Shown here: positions 36,962-43,220 of the stretch, one piece after another | How positions within the stretch are numbered: the first letter of the stretch is position 1 | Layout of the letters: each line of letters starts with the position of its first letter | Origin: Deltaproteobacteria bacterium | Lineage (GTDB): Bacteria; Myxococcota; Kuafuiibacteriia; Kuafuiibacteriales; Kuafuiibacteriaceae | Direction of reading: 5' to 3' | Assembly: GCA_040218735.1 (NCBI GenBank) | Contig: JAVJQW010000057.1 | Span: 224,001 to 288,000, forward strand | Length of the DNA stretch: 64,000 bases | Made by a program: the position numbers and the translations under genes | Notes under the pieces: model-generated | Databases searched by the model: none | What the model was told of the DNA's origin: nothing | The model's input: the letters and a program-made list of their open reading frames with translations, nothing else

Positions 36962-37987
36962 TCAGAGCGTCTCGAGCAGTTTTGCGAAGCGGATCCGAAC
37001 GTCCTGAATCTCCTGCTTCGTGAGACCGAGCTGCACGACCCCCTCACCGCGACGAATCCCCGCGTCGGACTCGAGCGGCGGGAACCGATCTCCGAGCGGA
37101 CGCGGAACCTCGGTCACGACCCAGGCGTCCCCCTGTCGACGGAGGACCGCGACGGTGGCGAGGCGATCGAACTCGACCGGGTCGACGCGGAGGAGCTGCT
37201 CGTGCACCGGCCCGGGGAGCGACGGGATGACCGGCTTCGCCCAGTCGCGGTCCTTGTCGAACCAGCGCACGAGGGGGTTGAAGAGCCCGCTGAACGCGAA
37301 GCCGTTGTCGATCAGGAAGACGCGCTTGGGGGCCTTGGCGTCGTCCACCAGGACGTTGCGGGAGTGGGAGTCACCGTGGGCGATGACGTTCGCGAGCACG
37401 TTCAGGCGAGCCACGGCGACGCGGTAGCTCGGATCCTCGGCGTAGCGCTGGGGGTCCCAGAGCTCCTCGACGGACTCCGCGTTGTAGATCCACGGCGTCA
37501 CCAGCCCGGCGACGCAGGCGTCGTCCTCGAAGGTCGCCTCCGCGTCGGCGAGCAGCTGGGGGTAACGGTCGCGCGACAGACAGAGCACCGTGGAGTGCGG
37601 CACGACCTCCTGACTCTCGCCGAACAACATGTCCGCGGTCGCCGCCGCCGCGAGCTCGCGACGCGGGCTGTTGTTGAACGCGTCGGCGAAGTCGGGCGCG
37701 ACGGTGCGCCATTTGAACAACACGCGCACACGCGGTTCGCGCTCGAAGCGCGCGAGCACCTTCTTCGCCGGCGTGGTGCCCGGGACGGGGACGGACTCGA
37801 GGACTTCGAACGGTTCCGTGGCGAGGCGCGCCACGAGGTCGGTCCCCGGTACGCAGACCTCGTCGGACTCGACGCCGCCACCGCAGACGGCCTCTGGGCC
37901 CGATGGTGTCCGCGTCATGGGCCGATTGGGGTTCCTCGAACAGCCGGCGAGGAACAGGACGACGAGAAGGCAGGTCGCGCGATTCAT
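36962..37987 (-). CDS. Lipoprotein with atypical kinase fold (PI3/4-kinase, HipA or Fam20-like motifs)
   Basis: Lipobox FLAGC (ATG 37987); VLFKW, RRELAA, HGDSHSRNVL, FLIDNGFAF. Confidence 0.75.
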   Translation of the reverse strand: MNRATCLLVVLFLAGCSRNPNRPMTRTPSGPEAVCGGGVESDEVCVPGTDLVARLATEPFEVLESVPVPGTTPAKKVLARFEREPRVRVLFKWRTVAPDFADAFNNSPRRELAAAATADMLFGESQEVVPHSTVLCLSRDRYPQLLADAEATFEDDACVAGLVTPWIYNAESVEELWDPQRYAEDPSYRVAVARLNVLANVIAHGDSHSRNVLVDDAKAPKRVFLIDNGFAFSGLFNPLVRWFDKDRDWAKPVIPSLPGPVHEQLLRVDPVEFDRLATVAVLRRQGDAWVVTEVPRPLGDRFPPLESDAGIRRGEGVVQLGLTKQEIQDVRIRFAKLLETL

Positions 37988-37999
37988 GAGCGCTGACGA

Positions 38000-38015
38000 T
38001 GCAGGATGTTTGCCA
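38000..38015 (-). promoter_or_regulatory. Putative sigma54 promoter
   Basis: Minus strand TGGCAAA-CATC-CTGCA, 12 nt before ATG 37987. Confidence 0.62.
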
Positions 38016-38113
38016 GCGCCGGCTCGCGCGCTTCGTCCGACGCGGCGTGGCCAACTGCCACAGGTCGGCGAAGTCGCCCCGCCCGAACACACGGAGACAC
38101 GTCGGGTCACGCC

Positions 38114-38129
38114 TGGAACCCGAGTTGCA
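38114..38129 (+). promoter_or_regulatory. Putative sigma54 promoter
   Basis: TGGAACC-CGAG-TTGCA, 13 nt before GTG 38143. Confidence 0.6.
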
Positions 38130-38142
38130 TCGACCGGACCTC

Positions 38143-39711
38143 GTGCGCATCGCAGCCATCGACATCGGGTCGAACTCCGTCCACATGATCGCCGCCGACG
38201 CTCGCGCCGCCGGCGGCCTCGACCTGATCGACAAAGCGAAGGACTTCGTACGGCTCGGCGACGGGGTCTTCGAGACCGGCTTGCTGCGCGAGGACCGCGT
38301 CGAAGCCGCCGTCCAGGCAATCGACGGCTACGCACGCATCGCGCGCTCGATCGGCGCCGAGCGCGTCGTCACCGTCGCGACCAGCGCGACGCGCGACGCC
38401 GAGAACGGCGAGGACTTCGTGCGCCGACTCCGCGACCGCACCGGCGTCGACGCGCGCGTCATCTCCGGCGAGGAGGAGGCGCGCCTGATCTACCTCGCGG
38501 TGCTCCAGAAGATCGATCTGCACGGCAAGCGCGCGCTGGTCGTGGACGTCGGCGGCGGCAGCGTGGAGCTCTCGCTCGGCACGGGCGAACAGATCGCGAT
38601 GGCCGAGAGCCTCGACCTCGGCGTCCGCCGCCTCCGCGATACCGTCGGCGCCCCCGGGAAGCTCGACGGCGAAACGATCGAGCGCGTGCGTCGGCACGTC
38701 GAGCGGACGGCGGAGTCGATCGTCGATCGCGTCCACGAACACGGCGTCGACCTCCTCGTCGGCACCTCCGGCACGCTGAAGACCCTCGGCGAGCTCACGG
38801 TGCACCCCGACGCCGGGTGGAAGACGATCAACTCCGAGTCGACCTCCCTGGAGGACCTCGAAGCGATCACCAAGAGGCTCGTGAAGCAGACGCCGGACGA
38901 GCGCGTCGAGAAGTCGGGCGTGGAGCGGCGCCGCGCGGACACCATCCACCTCGGCGCGCTGCTCATCACCACGTTGATGAAGCGCCTCGGGATGGACGCG
39001 ATCACCTTCTCCGACGCTTCGCTCCGCGAGGGTGTCATCCAAGATCACCTCCGAGCGAGTGAAGCCGCCGCCGGGCGAGCGCTGACCGGTTCGCTGCAGC
39101 GCCGCTCGGTGTTCGAGCTGGGGCGCCGCTACGGCGCGGACGGCCCTCGCGCTCGCCACGTCCGAACCCTCGCGCTCGAGCTGTTCGATCGCACCCGCGA
39201 ACTTCATCAGCTCGACGAGGACGATCGGCGCTTCCTGGAGTACGCGTCCGAGCTGCACCGCGTCGGCCACTTCGTGAGCTACCGCCGCAACCACAAACAC
39301 GCGCGTTACCTGATTCGACACGCGAGAATGCCGGGCTTCACGAACGACGAAGTGCGCTTCCTCGCCCTCCTCGTCCGCTACCACCGTAAGGCGAAGCCGA
39401 AGAAGAAACACAAGCGCTACAAGAAGCTCTCGAAGTCACGGCGCCGCGCGATTCGCGTCCTCGCCGGGCTCCTGCGCGTCGCGATCGCACTCGACCGCAA
39501 GGGGGGCCAGACCGTCACGTCGGCGTTGGTGGAGGTGCACGACGACCGCGTCGAGATCTACGCGTCGGGGGAGAGTGTGTTGGACGAGGTGCGCGCCGCG
39601 CGCTCGGAGCGCGCGCTGCTCGAGCGCTCGTTGGATCGCGAAGTCGTGATTCAGTCCGGGGTCGACGAGGCTTCGTCGATGCCCCACTTGTCGAGCCCGC
39701 GTTCTTCCTGA
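38143..39711 (+). CDS. ppx: Exopolyphosphatase / pppGpp phosphohydrolase (Ppx/GppA, long form with HD-like domain)
   Basis: RIAAIDIGSNS, VATSATRDAEN, ISGEEEARLIY, DVGGGSVE, GTSGT, LREG, HKHARYLI; start reassigned to GTG 38143. Confidence 0.93.
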   Translation: MRIAAIDIGSNSVHMIAADARAAGGLDLIDKAKDFVRLGDGVFETGLLREDRVEAAVQAIDGYARIARSIGAERVVTVATSATRDAENGEDFVRRLRDRTGVDARVISGEEEARLIYLAVLQKIDLHGKRALVVDVGGGSVELSLGTGEQIAMAESLDLGVRRLRDTVGAPGKLDGETIERVRRHVERTAESIVDRVHEHGVDLLVGTSGTLKTLGELTVHPDAGWKTINSESTSLEDLEAITKRLVKQTPDERVEKSGVERRRADTIHLGALLITTLMKRLGMDAITFSDASLREGVIQDHLRASEAAAGRALTGSLQRRSVFELGRRYGADGPRARHVRTLALELFDRTRELHQLDEDDRRFLEYASELHRVGHFVSYRRNHKHARYLIRHARMPGFTNDEVRFLALLVRYHRKAKPKKKHKRYKKLSKSRRRAIRVLAGLLRVAIALDRKGGQTVTSALVEVHDDRVEIYASGESVLDEVRAARSERALLERSLDREVVIQSGVDEASSMPHLSSPRSS

Positions 39712-41084
39712 GTGCCGGGGATCGTGTTGTCGAGGACGACCGCGATCAGCGCGCCGACACCCATGCCCGTCTTACCGAGCGCGTTGAGGATGTCCGAGAG
39801 CCACACGAACGAAGCCCCGAGGTCGATCGCGTTCGCCTCGTTCGCGAAGTACTCCGGCACCGACAGCCCCATGAAGAACGCGAAGCCGATGATGAAGAGG
39901 TTGCGCGCCGAGTTGAGGTCGACGAACTGCAGGTTCGACAGGCCAACCCCGGCGATCATCCCGAACATCGCGCAGTACATCCCGCCGACCACCGGCTGCG
40001 GGATGGTCGTGAACAGCGCACCGAACTTCCCGAACGCACCGAGCACGAGCATGATCGTCGCGCCCATCTGGACGACGCGCCGACTACCGACGCGCGTCAG
40101 ACCGATCGCGCCGATGTTCTCGCTGTAGGAGGTCGTACCGTTACCGGTGCCGAAGACGCCGGCGATCAAACACCCGACACCCTCCATCCCGATGCCGCGG
40201 TTGATCGTCTTCTTCGTCGGCGTCGGAGCGCCGGAGAGGCGCGCCGCCGCGAAGTAGTCACCGATCGACTCGACCATCGACGCGACGTACCCCGCGATCA
40301 TCCCGATCGCCGCCGCGACGCCGAACTTCGGCGTCCCCCACTGGAACGGGTACGGCACCCGGAACCACGGCGCAGACGCGAGCACGTCCGTCTTCACGTG
40401 CGCAGGGTGCCCCTCCGGGAACACGCCTGTGAACGTGAGCAACGCCGACGTCCCCCACGCGAGCAGGATCGCGAGCAGGATGGGGAACAGCTCGAAGACC
40501 CGGTGCGACCGTCGCAGGTACTGCGAGAAGAGGATGATGAGCCCGATCGTCAGCCCGCCGATCCCCCAGTGCGAGCCCGCGATCGGCGCGCCGAACTTGA
40601 ACAGCGCCAGACCGATCAACGCGATCGTGGGAGCGATCGTCACGGGCCCGACGAACCGAAGCATCGCCCCGACCAACCCGGTGTAGCCGACGATGATCTC
40701 GAAGACCGCACCGATGATGATCGCGCCCTGCACGTGCTGGAGGCGCGTCTCGTACCCGGCCGACGCGAGCGCGGCCATGCCGCAGATCGCAAACGTCGGC
40801 GCGAAGAACGAGAACGTGCCGCCCTGCACGATCGGGAGCCGATTCCCGAACGTCGTCTGCATCAGCGTGGTGATCCCGCTGATGAAGAACATGGTGCCGA
40901 TCAACAGACCGAGCTCGACCGGCTTGTCCTTCAGCCCGAGGGGCTCCGCGAGGATCAACGGGATGGCCACCGTCGACCCGAACATCGTCAGGTAGTGCTG
41001 GAAGCCGAGGGTGATCGACTCCGCCAACGGAGGGACGTCGTCGATGCCGTACAGGATGTCGGGTTTGGTGGGGCGGTTGGCCAT
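39651..41084 (-). CDS. Nucleobase:cation symporter-2 (NAT/SLC23 family) permease
   Basis: QHYLTMFG, RLPIVQGGTFSF, ESIGDY, NAT motif SYSENIGAIGLTRVGSRRV, RNLFIIG. Confidence 0.93.
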   Translation of the reverse strand: MANRPTKPDILYGIDDVPPLAESITLGFQHYLTMFGSTVAIPLILAEPLGLKDKPVELGLLIGTMFFISGITTLMQTTFGNRLPIVQGGTFSFFAPTFAICGMAALASAGYETRLQHVQGAIIIGAVFEIIVGYTGLVGAMLRFVGPVTIAPTIALIGLALFKFGAPIAGSHWGIGGLTIGLIILFSQYLRRSHRVFELFPILLAILLAWGTSALLTFTGVFPEGHPAHVKTDVLASAPWFRVPYPFQWGTPKFGVAAAIGMIAGYVASMVESIGDYFAAARLSGAPTPTKKTINRGIGMEGVGCLIAGVFGTGNGTTSYSENIGAIGLTRVGSRRVVQMGATIMLVLGAFGKFGALFTTIPQPVVGGMYCAMFGMIAGVGLSNLQFVDLNSARNLFIIGFAFFMGLSVPEYFANEANAIDLGASFVWLSDILNALGKTGMGVGALIAVVLDNTIPGTQEERGLDKWGIDEASSTPD

Positions 41085-41087
41085 GAC

Positions 41088-42197
41088 TCAGTCGGACGTC
41101 AGCGCCGCGGTCTGTTCCTTGATCGCGTCGCCCGACCACTCGTCGTCACGGCTCCGCTGGCCCGCACGTTCGATCTTCGCCTGCTTCTGACGCTCGACGA
41201 GGTCGAAGTGCGTCGTGAAGTACTCGAGCGCCTTGCCCTCGAAGTCCTTCAGCGTGGTGAAGCCCATCTCGTCCATGTACGCGAGGAGGTCGTCGCAGAG
41301 CTCGGTGATGATGTCGAAGCCGCGCAGCATCGCGCCCGTGCAGATCTGCACCGTGGACGAGCCCATCGCGATGAACTCGGCCGCGTCCATCGCGGTCTCG
41401 ATGCCACCGATGCCGCTGATCGACGCCTTGCCGTACAGCGCGCGTCCGATCTCCGAGACGTGCCGCAGCGCGATCGGACGGACCGCCTGCGCCGAGTAGC
41501 CGCCGGGCACGGTGTACCCCTCGACCGTCGGCCGCGGGCGGAGCTTCTTCAGGTCCACGCCGATCACCGAGAGGATCGTGTTGATCGCTGCGATGCCGTT
41601 CGCGCCCGCCTCGACCGCCGCGAGCGCAGGCTGCGTGATGTCCGTGATGTTGGGCGTCATCTTCGCCCACACCGGAATCGTCGCGACCTCGGTGACCCAG
41701 CCGACCACCTCCTTGGTGATCTCCGGCGACTGCCCCATCGCGGCGCCCATGCGTCGCTCCGGGAGGCCGTGCGGGCACGAGAGGTTCAGCTCGAAAGCGT
41801 CGACGCCCGTCTCCTGGACCTCCTTCGTGATGCGCTGCCACGCCGCCTTGTCGTACTCCTCCATGATGGAGGCGATGAGCATGTGCTCCGGGTACTCCTT
41901 TTTGACGTCGGCGAACTCTTCCAGCCACGTCTCGTAGGGGCGGTCGGAGATCAGCTCGATGTTCTCGAAGCCGATCACCTCGTTGTTGTCGCGTGACTTC
42001 AACTTCCCGTAGCGCGGCGCGACGTTGATGACCTTGCTGCTGTCGAGCGAGATCGTCTTGGCGACGACGCCGCCCCACCCGCGCTCGAAGGCCTTCTTGA
42101 TCACGCGCCCGTTCGTGCCGGGCGGGCCGGAGCCCAGCACGAAGGGGTTCTTGAACTTCATGCCGTCGACTTCGACGGCGAGCGTCGCTTTGCTCAT
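41088..42197 (-). CDS. preA: Dihydropyrimidine dehydrogenase FMN subunit (PreA/PYD1-type)
   Basis: NPFVLGSGPPGTN, ENIELISDRP, ELNLSCPHG, WAKMTPNITDI, GGYSAQAVRPIAL, SGIGGIET, VQICTG. Confidence 0.92.
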   Translation of the reverse strand: MSKATLAVEVDGMKFKNPFVLGSGPPGTNGRVIKKAFERGWGGVVAKTISLDSSKVINVAPRYGKLKSRDNNEVIGFENIELISDRPYETWLEEFADVKKEYPEHMLIASIMEEYDKAAWQRITKEVQETGVDAFELNLSCPHGLPERRMGAAMGQSPEITKEVVGWVTEVATIPVWAKMTPNITDITQPALAAVEAGANGIAAINTILSVIGVDLKKLRPRPTVEGYTVPGGYSAQAVRPIALRHVSEIGRALYGKASISGIGGIETAMDAAEFIAMGSSTVQICTGAMLRGFDIITELCDDLLAYMDEMGFTTLKDFEGKALEYFTTHFDLVERQKQAKIERAGQRSRDDEWSGDAIKEQTAALTSD

Positions 42198-43069
42198 GGC
42201 AGCTGCTCCGTCATGTCGCCGTACGTCTCGGGGCGACGGTCACGGTAGAACTGCCAGGTGCGGCGGACCTCCTCGATCATGTCGAGGTCGATGTCCGCGA
42301 CGACGAGGTCGTCCTCGGTCTCGCTCCCGACCGCGAGCATCTGGCCGCGCGGATCACAGATGTAGCTCGACCCGTAGAAGTGGCCGATGTTCCACGGCGC
42401 CTCGGTGCCGACGCGGTTGCTCGCCGCGATGAAGTAACCGTTCGCGACGGCGTGCGCGGGCTGCTCGAGCTTCCACAGGTACTGCGAGAGACCGGCGACC
42501 GTCGCCGAAGGGTTGAAGACGATCTCCGCGCCGTTGAGGCCGAGCAGACGCGCGCCCTCCGGGAAGTGGCGGTCGTAGCAGATGTAGACGCCGACCTTGC
42601 CGTAGCGCGTGTCGAACACCGGGTACCCGAGGTTGCCGGGCTTGAAGTAGTACTTCTCCCAGAACCCATTCGTGTGCGGGATGTGGTTCTTGCGGTACTT
42701 GCCGAGGTAGGTGCCGTCGGCGTCGATGACCGCCGCGGTGTTGTAGTACACGCCGGGCTGCGTCCGCTCGTAGATCGGGACGACGATCACCATCTCGTAC
42801 TTCTTCGCGTACTCGGCCATCCGCTCGGTCGTCGGACCAGGGACCGCCTCCGCGGAGTCACACCACACGGGCTCCTGCGCGGGGCAGAAGTACGGAGTGT
42901 TGAAGATCTCCTGCAGGCCGAGCATCTGTACGCCGGCCTCGCCGGCCTTCTCGATCCACGGGATGTGCTTGGCCTCCATGGCCTCCATCACGTCCTTCAC
43001 CATCCCGTCACCCTCGGTGATCGGGGGACAGGACGTCTGGATGAGGCCAACCTTCACGTTACGCGGCAT
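42194..43069 (-). CDS. Beta-ureidopropionase (nitrilase/carbon-nitrogen hydrolase family)
   Basis: LQEIFNTPYFC, GKYRKNHIP, FWEKYYFKPG, ICYDRHFPE, EQPAHAVANG, TWQFYRDRRP; operon with preA and the permease. Confidence 0.88.
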   Translation of the reverse strand: MPRNVKVGLIQTSCPPITEGDGMVKDVMEAMEAKHIPWIEKAGEAGVQMLGLQEIFNTPYFCPAQEPVWCDSAEAVPGPTTERMAEYAKKYEMVIVVPIYERTQPGVYYNTAAVIDADGTYLGKYRKNHIPHTNGFWEKYYFKPGNLGYPVFDTRYGKVGVYICYDRHFPEGARLLGLNGAEIVFNPSATVAGLSQYLWKLEQPAHAVANGYFIAASNRVGTEAPWNIGHFYGSSYICDPRGQMLAVGSETEDDLVVADIDLDMIEEVRRTWQFYRDRRPETYGDMTEQLP

Positions 43070-43220
43070 TCGAATCTTCTCCCTTCGCGAAAGGCGGCAA
43101 CCTCGCCTAGCGAAGATCCCGTGTCAATCCGTTGGGATCGTGGATGCCCGACCGGGATGACACCGCGCGTCAACGTGCGTTGCGGTGACGATTTCGACGG
43201 CGGGCGGGCACTGTAATGCT

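Noticed and set aside
30261-37987. HipA-type toxin-antitoxin or anti-phage kinase island
   Set aside because: Both kinases carry lipoboxes, no HTH antitoxin, host-like codon usage, no mobility genes
43158-43173. RutR-like operator TGAC-N7-GTCAA upstream of the pyrimidine operon
   Set aside because: Spacing is one base off the TTGACC-N4-GGTCAA consensus and no regulator is adjacent; may simply be a -35 element
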